This document shows positions 42,245 through 54,500 of a stretch of DNA of 64,000 bases, in pieces. The notes beneath the pieces are model-generated. The model saw only the letters and a program-made list of their open reading frames with translations, searched no databases and was not told the DNA's origin. Made by a program: the position numbers and the translations under genes. The stretch comes from Dimorphilus gyrociliatus (lineage: Eukaryota; Animalia; Annelida), in assembly GCA_904063045.1 (NCBI GenBank), contig CAJFCJ010000031.1, positions 62,001 through 126,000 of the forward strand. Reading direction: 5' to 3'. How positions within the stretch are numbered: the stretch's first letter is position 1; the number at the start of each line of letters is the position of its first letter.

Positions 42245-42277
<33 letters not shown>
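42244..42277. repeat. (TC)n microsatellite
   Basis: Nearly perfect TC run; an (AG)n run lies at ~42143-42162. Confidence 0.85.
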
Positions 42278-42278
<1 letters not shown>

Positions 42279-44063
42279 AAGCCTTCCTTTAAAGGGAATT
42301 TAGCAAGTCGATATTCGATTGCTTATGTCGATTTTCTTTTTTACAATCATTTTCTTATATATTCAAATAAAGTTCGTCTTTTTAATCAAAAAAAAAGCGA
42401 TACGGTTTTAATTTTCCATTCTATTGATTTAAATAGGTTTTTTGATGTTTGAATTTTTTTTTATTTCATTGACAAACTTTTCTGACAAACTTTTTTTTTT
42501 TAAATGTAACCTACTTATTGATATTAATAAACAAATACTATACATATATATACTTAATAGTTGTTGTTTGTTCTCTTTTTACTTTCACTTCAAAAAAAAA
42601 CACATTTAATAAAAAAAAATTCTAGTGTCGCATAGTAATGGCGCTTATAGGCCTATATTTACATAAAGAAAAATTGATTAATGGCGTAAAAGACAGCACA
42701 TGAATTTTTGAAAAGAGGGATTGAGCGCAAACTTTGAGCTTTCATTTTCCGATAAGCAAATATTACGAATAGGCTTACTGTTCACGCTAATAATCGGTTA
42801 TTTAGAGCGGACTATATATATATAGTATATTTATATAATCTCTATATACAGTATATATATAAGACACCCGTTTTTTTCAAATCAAATAATTTTTGTTAAA
42901 TTTGTTTTTTTAAAAAAAAAAAAAGGTAAAAAAGTATGATTTAATATAAAATTCAATAAAAATTTAAAATTTGCAAACGTGACATGTAAACTTAACAATC
43001 TTAAACAAGTTAGCAGAGGATTAGCACTTACCCAATATAGTGTATGCATTAATTTCAATCCTGATCAGTATTGATTAATTTGCTAAGCTCTTGCCATTCA
43101 TATTACAAAGAAAAAAAATTGCAATATATATAATATTTATTTATACTTTGATTATTAAGCCTATTTTAGTTTAATTTCTACTATTTTCGTGAACAGTGAA
43201 CAGTCATAGGCGTTACAATGAATTTTCGCTTTTTTTAAATAAAAAAAAAAAGATGAATAAGTTCAAAAATGATTTGTTATTCAACTGTTGAAAATTAATG
43301 TTGAACTATGAAGAAATTTTTGTAGAATAGTTCAAATCTTCCTTATTAATCTACAAACTATCACATTGGCATTTTCTATATACATACACACACACACACA
43401 CACAAACAAAAACACCTAACCGTTGGCAAAGTATCGTAAAAATATTTAGATATACTGTATGTTTTGTATAAATTTAACTATTGTAGAGCTTTATGCTGTT
43501 ATTGAATTTTTATGCGATTGTATATGTATTTTTCTGTATTTCCTTGATATGCAACTCTATCAAGGCCTAACGATTACTATCGAGTAAAAAAGGTAAAGCA
43601 GTCATTCTGGTTTCTCTTTCAAATGGGTGTTTGTATTAAGACTCGTACAACGTATAACAAATGGATTAATGATGAGCAGAAAATAAAGCCACTTTATCTT
43701 AGTATTTTTTTGGAAGAGAGTTGAGTAAAACAGAAAAGAAAACGCTTTTTGTGCATTAAAAATGAACAATTAATCTTTCAAAAGTTACTTCTTCTCTTCG
43801 TTTCTTTTTTTTTTATTTTTTTTTTACATGTTTCATTCTAACGTTATATCTTCTAAGTTTTGAAGGAATATAGAAAAGGTGAGGAGTAGGAGGAAGAAAG
43901 CATGAATAAAAAATATCGAACGGTTACTGTTTACGCACAATTCTTCTATTTTCCAATAGATACTATTACAACTATTTGTTCCAGACAGGGCACACAAGAA
44001 GAAATAATCACACATATTACAGAAGAGACGTTATAGATATATATATACATGTGGCAGATGTCT

Positions 44064-45606
44064 TTATTTGCTATAATTCATACGTTTGTAGGTTGTACGT
44101 AGAATGCAGGCAGCAACTAGTCCAAATATCTATAGCAAAATAGAATTATCATTCTCACATTAAAAGTTACCATTAGTATTATTAAAAAGCTGAAATGGAT
44201 TTTACTAACTTGAATAGCTGCTATGCAAAAGCCTATAATCATCAATTTTATTGAATGATCGTGGTACCATTTCTTTAAAGCTTCTTCGCACCCTTGTTTG
44301 TTCAAATATTTAGAAGGGTTTCCCGTCTCCGCTTCATTTAGGCATTCTTTATACTCATCCGCAACCCTATCTTCGCCGTAATTCGAACAACAAGAATAAG
44401 GGACCATCTGAGTTCCAGGCCCACCGAACCACGTACTATTTTTGTAATCTTTATAATTGTAGACTCCGCAACATTTCAGCTGATTGCAAAAAGAGAAAAA
44501 AAAACATAATAAAATCATAAAACATCATCAAAGCATTTTACTTGGTCTTGCAAAAAATCGTAAGCGGTAGTTGTGTCGTTGACGCGTCCATACTCTTTCT
44601 GAACTTCTCGTATCATGTCATCGTGCAAATGATCGTTGATTTTTTTCTTGTATACAATTGCGAGGACAGCAACCGCTGCCTCGGCCAGCATGATAACGAT
44701 CAAACAAGCGGCGTACTACAGACAAAAAAGAATCTTTTGTAAGAAAAAACTTCGCAAGTAAAGTTAACTTTTAACGAAACAACCAATCTTCAATACAAAC
44801 ATACAAATTAAAAGCTTACCAAGAATAAAAGAGGTTGACTCTTCTTAATAGCGCCGCAACAACCGATAAGAGATACAAGGAGAACAACTCCTCCAATTAT
44901 GATAAGAATAAGGCTTATTTGACCCAACAAAGGAGCAGCTTGGCCAACGTTAACAGCATCCAGGTACTTGGATAAAGTATTATCCAATTTCATCCATACT
45001 CCCATTCCAAGTAGTCCAATACCGGAGAGCTAGAAAACATTGTTTTTTATTAACTAATTTCTTTAAAAAAGACACGAATATTTCTTATCACGAATCCAGT
45101 GCAGAAATTATTTGCTGTCAAGAAATTCTGCTGAAAAGGCAAAATTCTCGCCAAATAGGTTAATGTAGAATATTACGGGCCTTCGAATCGTCTATATACC
45201 TAGGTGTATTGTTATAAATTCAAAATTCACTATGCGTAACCAGTATAAAAAAACCGTCGCTAGGTTAGTCAAAACGGATTTATTCTACTTCTTGTATTTT
45301 CTTTTTCTTTATTTAAATATGAGAATACGTTATGTTCAATACAATCAAACGATCTTTTAGCTGTATTTTCCCTCTACATATTCATAAATACGTATAATCA
45401 CGCAAAGTTTTCTATTCTATTAGTAATGTTCTTTAAATTGGTGCCTAGGTATATTCTTATTATCGTTCAAAAATTAGGTCAAAATGAAAAATGTTCCAAT
45501 AAAAGAATAAAGAACAAAACAACCCCTTTAGTATTAATAAAATACTTACAACAAAAATTGTATTGAAGATAATCAAAAAAACTCTGGGCAAATTTCCTCC
45601 GCACAT
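44064..45606 (-). CDS. Tetraspanin (5 exons)
   Basis: MCGGNLPRVFLIIFNTIFV/LSGIGLLGMGVW (TM1), LIGCCGAIKKS (TM2 end), YAACLIVIMLAEAAVAV (TM3), large loop with LKCCG, VPYSCC and QGC, then TM4 and tail IFGLVAACILRTTYKRMNYSK* ending at 44064. Confidence 0.92.
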
Positions 45607-46098
45607 TTTTCCTTGATAGATTCTTGTATCTAGAGCGATATAGACTTTATAATTTCCTTTTTTTTTTAAAGAGGTAAAGATTTTTAGATGCAAAAAACGA
45701 ATGCTTTTTTGTGTCCAAAAATATGTCCTTAAACTGGGTTTAGAGGTAAGATACAAGTTTTCTTTGGAATGCAATATTTTATTCTATTTGCTTCCTTTTT
45801 CACTTGGTGGTGTTAATTTCTTTTTTCGTCTACCTGACTTTTATTTTATTCCAATTTTCGACTATTCTCCGATTTTTCTCCGTTCACTTTCTTCACAAGC
45901 TCTCTCTCTCTTTTTCTCTCTCTCTCCCTATCTCTCGCTCACTATTGATCGTGCTTTAGTGATTTCCTACTCGCTTCCCTTGCCTTCGCTTACTGACGTT
46001 CAACACGCAACAGAAAAGCTTCCTGAACAGTAAAAAAAAAAGGCAGCAGGGTGGCGCTATCGACCAAATCCTTTTATTCACTTTTGTATACTTTTAAA

Positions 46099-46108
46099 GC
46101 GCATGCGC
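46099..46108. promoter_or_regulatory. NRF1/Ewg-type palindrome GCGCATGCGC in the divergent promoter region
   Basis: Perfect GC-rich palindrome in AT-rich DNA between the tetraspanin ATG (45606, -) and ORF 46460 (+); matches the NRF1 consensus core. Confidence 0.5.
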
Positions 46109-46459
46109 ATTAAGACTCAATACATATCTAAGAATTCGAAATACGGTTAACAAAAGAAAGGAAGGGAGGGTTTATTTAAAAGTATGGAAACAGACAGAGA
46201 GGGGGGGAAGGAAGTCTGAAGAAGAGAAACACGGGAAATATCGATTCACGCAAACATGTCAGTGTCTTTACGTATGCAAATTAGGCCTATTGTTTTATTT
46301 TATGTCACCTTGAGTACGACACTTTACAAAACAACGCATTCTTAACTGGACGGCGAACCTGACCGAGTAATCGTCTGTAACGTAGACGATTTATTTATAT
46401 TTTTAAAGTTTTAGCTATTTTACTTATAATTTCTTAATAGATATAAGTTCAGATTAAAG

Positions 46460-47083
46460 ATGGAGTTGACAATCATTTCGAATGATGACGAATGGAGCAC
46501 GGATAGTGGTCTATTTTCATCGTCATCTTATAAAAGTTCAACGAACGACGATTACGATTCGACTGATTACGAAACTGCCGAAAGTGGAGACGACGTAGAG
46601 AGCGTCTACCATTCGGCCAGAAGCGATTCTAGTCTGAACGACAAGTCCCCAAAGAAAAACTCTAGCCTAAGCGAAGCCCTGCAGAGAACTGCAAGACGAA
46701 TGAGTGAGGAACACTTTCTATCAGAAAATGGACCTCCCGCTCCTTTTGGTCTTCTTCGTCAATGGATCGTGGAAGGCGTTGTAGGAGGAGAGCAGATTTT
46801 AAAATACATTCCAAGAGATTGTCTAATTGGTAGACAATTAAAAGTAGCAGCTCAATTTTTCCATGTCATGAATGCTTCAACAAGACAAATGAATCATGTA
46901 ACCCATTTCCAAGGTCTTCTTATGACTCACCGATCAAATTCATGCCCTGATCTATTGATAAGTCGATTACGCAGTGTTGAAAATGTCTGGCCTAGTACCA
47001 TAAATTCGTCAATATCAAACAAATTGAAACGAACATCTCAATTAGATACAGACAGCCTTACATGGCCAAATAATATTTGGTGA
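46460..47083 (+). CDS. Uncharacterised 207-aa protein with acidic Ser-rich N-terminus (possibly spliced further)
   Basis: Long ORF with coding-like composition and good start context (aaagATGG); contains RSNSCP. The stop overlaps two consensus splice donors (GTGAGT 47080, GTAAGT 47084), so the 3' end is uncertain. Confidence 0.65.
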   Translation: MELTIISNDDEWSTDSGLFSSSSYKSSTNDDYDSTDYETAESGDDVESVYHSARSDSSLNDKSPKKNSSLSEALQRTARRMSEEHFLSENGPPAPFGLLRQWIVEGVVGGEQILKYIPRDCLIGRQLKVAAQFFHVMNASTRQMNHVTHFQGLLMTHRSNSCPDLLISRLRSVENVWPSTINSSISNKLKRTSQLDTDSLTWPNNIW

Positions 47084-47620
47084 GTAAGTTGAAAAAAACA
47101 AAACAAATAAAAAACAAAAACAAATAAATCTATAAAAGACGTTTAAAAAAACACAACAGATGGGAAAAGATAAGGAAAAAGTGAAAGATGGATTGTGTAA
47201 AATCTTTCTCTTTTATTACTCTTTTTAAAAATGGATTTTAATTATGAGAAATAACGTCTTAATTAGTATATTTTTAAAGAAATATCTCAATTTAAAATTA
47301 AATTATTGTGCTTTTATAAAAGAAATTGACTTGGATTTTATAGTATATTAATTTTATTCAAATATAACAAATGAAACAAATTATGACCTATATCTTCTGT
47401 TCATTTCTATTCTGCTACTATTCTTACTACTACAAATCATAATAATATCATAAAATCTATATTAATTACAGGAAGTGTGGTCTTTATTTTAAGCCTAATT
47501 TTAGTAATAGACATCTGTCGGAACTGAATAAATACTCGGCTGCAAAAAAATAGACTGATTAAACAAACATTTTCCATATAAATATGATGGTCTTTAACGC
47601 GATTGTCATCAGATTTCAAC

Positions 47621-50600
47621 ATGAAGGTTCTCCTATACTTCTTACTTGGTAAACTTTATTCAAAGATATTCGCTTAACTTTTTCGCTTTAACTCTTTATA
47701 ATCTCTTTTAGTTGGATTCGGATTGCAGATAACTTCCGCATCTGATTACGTTTGTCAGAGCGGTTTAAACAGTTTTAACATCTTTAGTGGTTCAGGCTAC
47801 TTGAAAAGTAGAAATTTTCCATCAAATTATAACAATTACGAAAATTGTCATTACTTTTTTAACCCGCCAGCTAATTACGTAAGTTTATTACCTTTGTTCA
47901 ATTTCATACGTGAATACGGTCTTTTTTTCTTCCATCTTCAAAAAGGTTGTTAAGCTTGTATTTAGAGATTTTGAGTTAGAAGGTCGAAAACCTTACTGTC
48001 GCTATGATAAGCTTAAAATATCCACTCGAAGCTATTCAAAAATTTTCTGCGGACAGAGTTCAAGTGAGTTTTACGAATTTTTCAAAACTATATCTAAAGA
48101 AATAAAAACTCGATTCTTCCAGTAAGTGGATCTTCTACAACCACTGGCACTGTACTTATTGGGGAATGGATAACTATCAGAGCGCCGTTTAACATCTCAT
48201 TTACAACCGATAGTTCTATAACTCGTAGGGGATTTGAGATAGAATTCAAGTTTGAAGGCGATCATTCAGGTAGCAGTCCACAATATGGAAATAACTCCTC
48301 TACATATCCTCACGGAAACAGTTCCACTGGATATCCTCACTATCCACACCACAATGGCTCCACCAATTATCCTCATGGAAACAGCTCCACTGGATATCCT
48401 CACTATCCGCACCACAACAGTTCCACAAACTATCCTCATGGAAATAGTTCCACTGGTTATCCCCACTATCCACATCACAACAGTTCTACTGGCTATCCCC
48501 ATTATCCACACCACAATGATTCCACGAACTATCCTCATGGAAACAGTTCCACTGGATATCCTCACTATCCACACCACAATGGCTCCTCCAATTATCCTCA
48601 TGGAAACAGCTCCACTGGATATCCTCACTATCCGCACCACAACAGTTCCACAAACTATCCTCATGGAAATAGTTCCACTGGTTATCCCCACTATCCACAT
48701 CACAACAGTTCTACTGGCTATCCCCATTATCCACACCACAATGATTCCACGAACTATCCTCATGGAAATGGTTCCACTGGCTATCCCCACTATCCACACC
48801 ATAACAGTTCAACTGGCTATCCCCATTATCCACACCACAACAGTTCTACTGGATATCCACATTATCCACACCACAACAGTTCCACGAACTATCCTCATGG
48901 AAATGGTTCCACTGGCTATCCCCACTATCCACACCATAACAGTTCAACTGGCTATCCCCATTATCCACACCACAACAGTTCTACTGGATATCCACATTAT
49001 CCACACCACAACAGTTCCACGAACTATCCTCATGGAAATGGTTCCACTGGCTATCCCCACTATCCACACCACAACAGTTCTACTGGATATCCACATTATC
49101 CACACCAAAACAGCTCCACTGGATATCCTCACTATCCGCACCACAACAGTTCCACAAACTATCCTCATGGAAATAGTTCCACTGGTTATCCCCACTATCC
49201 ACATCACAACAGTTCTACTGGCTATCCCCATTATCCACACCACAACAGTTCCACAAACTATCCTCATGGAAATGGCTCCACTGGCTATCCCCACTATCCA
49301 CACCACAACAGTTCCACTGGATATCCACATTATCCACACCACAACAGTTCTACTGGCTATCCCCATTATCCACACCACAATGATTCCACGAACTATCCTC
49401 ATGGAAATGGTTCCACTGGCTATCCCCACTATCCACACCACAACAGTTCTACTGGATATCCACATTATCCACACCAAAACAGTTCCACTGGATATCCACA
49501 TTATCCACACCACAACAGTTCCACAAACTATCCTCATGGAAATGGCTCCACTGGCTATCCCCACTATCCACACCACAACAGTTCCACTGGATATCCACAT
49601 TATCCACACCACAACAGTTCTACTGGATATCCCCATTATCCACACCACAATGATTCCACGAACTATCCTCATGGAAATGGTTCCACTGGCTATCCCCACT
49701 ATCCACACCATAACAGTTCAACTGGCTATCCCCATTATCCACACCACAACAGTTCCACAAACTATCCTCATGGAAATGGCTCCACTGGCTATCCCCACTA
49801 TCCACACCACAACAGTTCCACTGGATATCCACATTATCCACACCACAACAGTTCTACTGGCTATCCCCATTATCCACACCACAATGATTCCACGAACTAT
49901 CCTCATGGAAATGGTTCCACTGGCTATCCCCACTATCCACACCACAACAGTTCTACTGGCTATCCCCATTATCCGCACCACAATGATTCCACGAACTATC
50001 CTCATGGAAATGGTTCCACTGGCTATCCACATTATCCACACCACAACAGTTCCACTGGCTATCCCCATTATCCGCACCACAATGATTCCACGAACTATCC
50101 TCATGGAAATGGTTCCACTGGCTATCCCCACTATCCACACCACAACAGTTCTACTGGATATCCACATTATCCACACCAAAACAGTTCCACTGGATATCCA
50201 CATTATCCACACCACAACAGTTCCACAAACTATCCTCATGGAAATGGCTCCACTGGCTATCCCCACTATCCACACCACAACAGTTCTACTGGCTATCCCC
50301 ATTATCCGCACCACAATGATTCCACGAACTATCCTCATGGAAATGGTTCCACTGGCTATCCACATTATCCACACCACAACAGTTCCACTGGCTATCCCCA
50401 TTATCCACACCACAACAGTTCTACTGGATATCCACATTATCCACACCACAACAGTTCCACAAACTATCCTCATGGAAATGGCTCCACTGGCTATCCACAT
50501 TATCCACACCACAACAGTTCCACAAACTATCCTCATGGAAATGGCTCCACTGGCTATCCCCACTATCCACACCACAACAGTTCTACTGGCTATCCACATT

Positions 50601-51520
50601 ATCCACACCACAACAGTTCTACTGGCTATCCCCATTATCCACACCACAACAGTTCCACAAACTATCCTCATGGAAATAGTTCCACTGGCTATCCACACAA
50701 CAACGGATCCGTACATCATCCTCGTAGAAACTGCTCAACTAGCAATCCCCACTACCCACACCAAGGTAACCCAAATTCTCCTAACCATCACTTGTCTGAT
50801 GGTATAATATCTTATTAAAAGGGTTTTTAAAAATAAGTGTAAAGAATCTATCTTTCCTTTCAGCTCAAAGATGCGTTGGAAATCAAGTCGTTGCGAATGA
50901 ATTTGGAAATATAGTGCACGAAGGATATCCAGGAAAGTATGAGAGATACTCGTGGTGCTCATTTGACTTTCCAAGTCCTCCTGAAAAGGTTTGAGGATAA
51001 TTGTGACATATATTAAATTTATTTCGTCTTTTATTTATAAAAAACTTACATTAGGAGTTGATGGTAAAATTTATAAGATTCGATCTGGAGAATAGTGGAA
51101 ATTGTATGTCTGATTTATTAACGTTTTCATCGATTGGAGGTTTTAGAAGAATCTTTTGCTCCAACGGTATCACAATGTTCTTTTTATACAATATAGCAGT
51201 ATATTTTTCTGAATATGTTTTTACTTTTATTTCTCTTTTTTGCCAAACTAGGAACTGATGAAAAGAGTCCAGCTATGCATGTATGGATTGCAGTGCCAAC
51301 ACCCCTTCACATTGAATTCAAATCGAATGGAATAGTAAACGGAAAAGGATTTCATATACAGTATAAGTTTGTCAATTCGAGTAATGTTAACAATCTGCAT
51401 ATGGTAGGAAGCTATTACACAATGAAAGAAGCAACAAACACCCACAATCAAGGTTCATCTGCTGAACAGAGACCAGTAGAAACTAACAGACCTTGCCATA
51501 GTAATTCGACTAATCCTTAA
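47621..51520 (+). CDS. Secreted CUB - His/Tyr/Pro/Asn repeat - CUB protein (7 exons, 1,165 aa)
   Basis: Exons 47621-47648, 47712-47878, 47946-48063, 48123-50801, 50864-50988, 51055-51166 and 51252-51520 join in frame (3,498 nt). Signal peptide MKVLLYFLLVGFGLQITSA. CUB1: C...GYLKSRNFPSNYNNYENC...LVFRDFELE...CRYDKL...FCG...FTTDSSITRRGF. CUB2: C...GNIVHEGYPGKY..YSWC...VKFIRFDLE...CMSDLL...FCS...FKSNGIVNGKGF. Confidence 0.88.
48316..50700 (+). repeat. Coding tandem array of 36-nt (NSSTGYPHYPHH) and 27-nt (N[S/D/G]STNYPHG) units
   Basis: By-eye count gives 49 twelve-residue and 22 nine-residue units. The first 225-nt block (48316) is repeated almost exactly at 48541. All indels are multiples of 3. 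Confidence 0.95.
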
Positions 51521-54500
51521 GGAAACATTCAAAAAATCATTTAAGAAAAGAGAAAAAATTCAAATAGATTTCAATTTTTGAATAAATATTTAACGAAGCA
51601 TTGAAAGAGATAGTAAATGTAGAATATTTGTAATATCATTAAATATGTCATTTCTCTTTCGATCTCTTTCGATCTCTATCTTATTTATTTCCTATTGTTG
51701 CAAAATATCTTGATACGGATCTATTGTTTAAGCGATAATTGAATTAATACTTTTTAAAGTTATTAAGAATATCTTTTATCATATGAAATTACTTGTAAAT
51801 TATAGAAAAAATCTATTTTTAAAGATTTATTGATGAAATTCTATTGTTTTCAATAGTTTAGGCATAAATATCTCTTTACAAACAGCTTAATTGTTTATCT
51901 CGCCATATAACTTTTTTTTTTTAACAATCGACGTACTTGACTTTAATTGTTAATTTTCAACTTTGTTTTTTTCATTATTTTCAACCTTTTTAAAACTCTT
52001 TCGAGTAGCCTAAACGAACGCCTTCTATATAAATTAAAAAGCTGTTTTAAAATCAGATAGAAGATAGATGGCGCTGTGTTTTTTCTTTAATATAATACTT
52101 TCCTCCATTTAATTATATAAATGTTTTAAAATTGCTGATTCTGAGGAAAGATTAAGGAAAGTTAAGTATAGACAGGAAATTAGATGGTAAAGGAAGAACA
52201 ATAAGATAGGAAAGAAAGAAAATTAGGATAACGTTGTATCAATGGTCAATCATTTAAATTGCAATTTCAGAAGGGAAAGATTAAAGCGGAAGATTGTTTG
52301 ATTACAGCCTGTAAGGGTAAAACCTCCCTGTGGAGGGGTTAAAGAATGAATGGTATTGAAATTTTGTAAATCTACTTATTCCGGTTGTATTCATTGCTAC
52401 TTTTGAAAATCTCGAATTATATTTTATGATCTGAAGATAAAATACGAGGCCGAAAATTTTGATGGTCGTTGGGAAAAGACCGAAAGGGCGCCCGTTCGTC
52501 GGGTTAGCGAAATTCAGCTAAATTTGTACATTACTGGACAGCAGGAGGGATGGGCGTACATAAGATATCAAAGGCGTCGTAAAAGTTATGCAATTAGGCA
52601 GTTACCATTTATCCTTAATGCCTATTTAGAATGAACATTTAAATTTCTTTTATTTATTTTTGTCACTTTTTCGTTAAATTTATCACCTAGAAATTAGTTG
52701 GAACAAGGTATTATTTCAATATTTAACCTACATGACTATGTAGTTGTTTTAGTATTGAACAAGCATTTAGGAAAACAGCTTCTCTCCCACACGTTCCCCG
52801 CCCCCCTCTGAAACTATAGCAGGTGTCAAAAATTCGCTGCTCAATCATCCAATATCCAATAAGAAGTGTCACGGACAAGCAGAGACAGAGTGTGAGAGAC
52901 AAAAAGTGACGCACGGAGGAGTAAGGAATACGATTGACATAAATAGGTGGAGTCAAGGAGGGGGGAGTGACTGGAATGCAAATTTATCGTTATTTAATTT
53001 AATTATATATCGCTAACGAGCCTGTCATCCTATTGAATTGTAGACTATCTACCTTTTCCCTTGATTTCAACGCAAAGAAAAGTTATAACGTAAGAGCGAA
53101 AAAAAAAGACCGCTTTTAAACTATCGACTGTGCGTTGGCACCTCTCCCCAGGGGCTATTGTGCAATTGGCGGGCGCATCCGGGTTCTTAACAGGTTGTTG
53201 GACAAGTGCCCAAAGCTCTGAGAAAATACCTTTATTTCACGTCACATTGTTTCGTTGTGTAATAATAACTCTGTTAGGAAGAAGGGGTTAGCTAAGTAGG
53301 AGGTCCCAAGACTATGGTCTCGGTGGAAATTTGAACATTTGAACATAAGATCTTTTCTTATTTTTCTTTCTTGCTCCTACCCCCTCTCGCTCTTTCTCTC
53401 TCTCTGTCTCCCCTCTGTGCTTCCTCTACCTTTTTAATTTTTAAAATAACATCGACAGATTTATTTAATGATTTTTAGAAAATTTACTACCTCAGCGAGA
53501 GTGACGTTGAATTAATATGGCGTGAGAACCGGCGTCCGGTGTATTGTTGGTAAATAACGTAGTTGGAGAAAAAATATTACCCTCTTTATCACGTGATCGA
53601 TCAGCGTGTTCGCACCCCGAGATTATCTATTAAACGAATAGTTTTTTTCCGATTAGCTTGAGGCAATATGAACAGAAATAGGCATGTATAAATTGAGGAA
53701 AAGGATTCGATATATAATCTATTATTATCGCATATCCAATAATCTAATCTGTTATCAGATAACCCAATTGTGTTGTCATATAATCTCGAAATCCTTAAGT
53801 TTTTTTCTTACGCGTATGCATATACTATATTTACACATAGACAGATAGGTAGACAGACACAGACACATAAACTACGACTCATGTTAAATTCTTTTAGTTT
53901 TCTTTTCGAGTACGCTTAAGAATTTGTTCGTGTATTAAAGAAAAAGATGGTCGTTAAAGCCCCCACCGAAAATTACTTTTATAGTGCAATTTATTACCAA
54001 TTGAGCGTTTTTTAAATCGACCTTATCCGAATATTAACGAGTTTGTTGCCTTAAATAGTTTATTCTTACCCAAAGGGTGGAAAAAAACACAAAAGTCATA
54101 CGCAGTACTATTAAATAACCAATAAAGCTTTACCAAACAAATTATAGGCTTATAGAAATTAAAAGTAGAAAACAAAAAGGAAAAAAAGTAAATTAGATAA
54201 AAAGTCATAAAATTGTAAATTTAACTTTTGTCCACAAACTAGTATTGGAGTTGTTATTAAACATTGATATTCCGTCCATGTATATATAAATTGGCAGATT
54301 TACGCTTTATAGAGCATATGTATAAGTATCAATTGTTTACTAAGAGGATTAAAAAGTTTTACAGGCCAAAAGGAAAGAAAAACTTAAGATTAAACGCGAA
54401 TTTACTTTCCCTTACAAAGATAAAGAGGCGAGCATCTGTACACGAGTCCGTACGCTAGACGGTTTATGACGCTTTCACAAATTCGGAAATCACATGCCTT

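Noticed and set aside
39909-44000. Possible further exons completing the second RNF213 gene
   Set aside because: No coding-like sequence, Walker, RING or RZ motifs were found. The DNA is low-complexity AT-rich with microsatellites and runs into the tetraspanin 3' end.
48316-50700. CRISPR-like appearance of the 27/36-nt repeats
   Set aside because: No unique spacers, no cas genes, and the array lies inside a spliced eukaryotic exon.
48266-50719. Antisense hydrophobic (VVWIMGIAS) and MDSGDSQW repeat ORFs
   Set aside because: They follow from triplet-periodic units lacking stops on the reverse strand; there is no unique sequence, promoter or splice support.
48252-50807. 851-aa Ile/Thr/Pro-rich ORF in the track
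   Set aside because: It is the +1 shadow frame of the repeat. The splice phases of the flanking CUB exons (48123 and 50801) select the GYPHYPHH frame.
52407-52634. ~75-codon open frame without ATG (KYEAENFDGRWEK...)
   Set aside because: No start codon, no convincing flanking splice sites and no recognisable homology.
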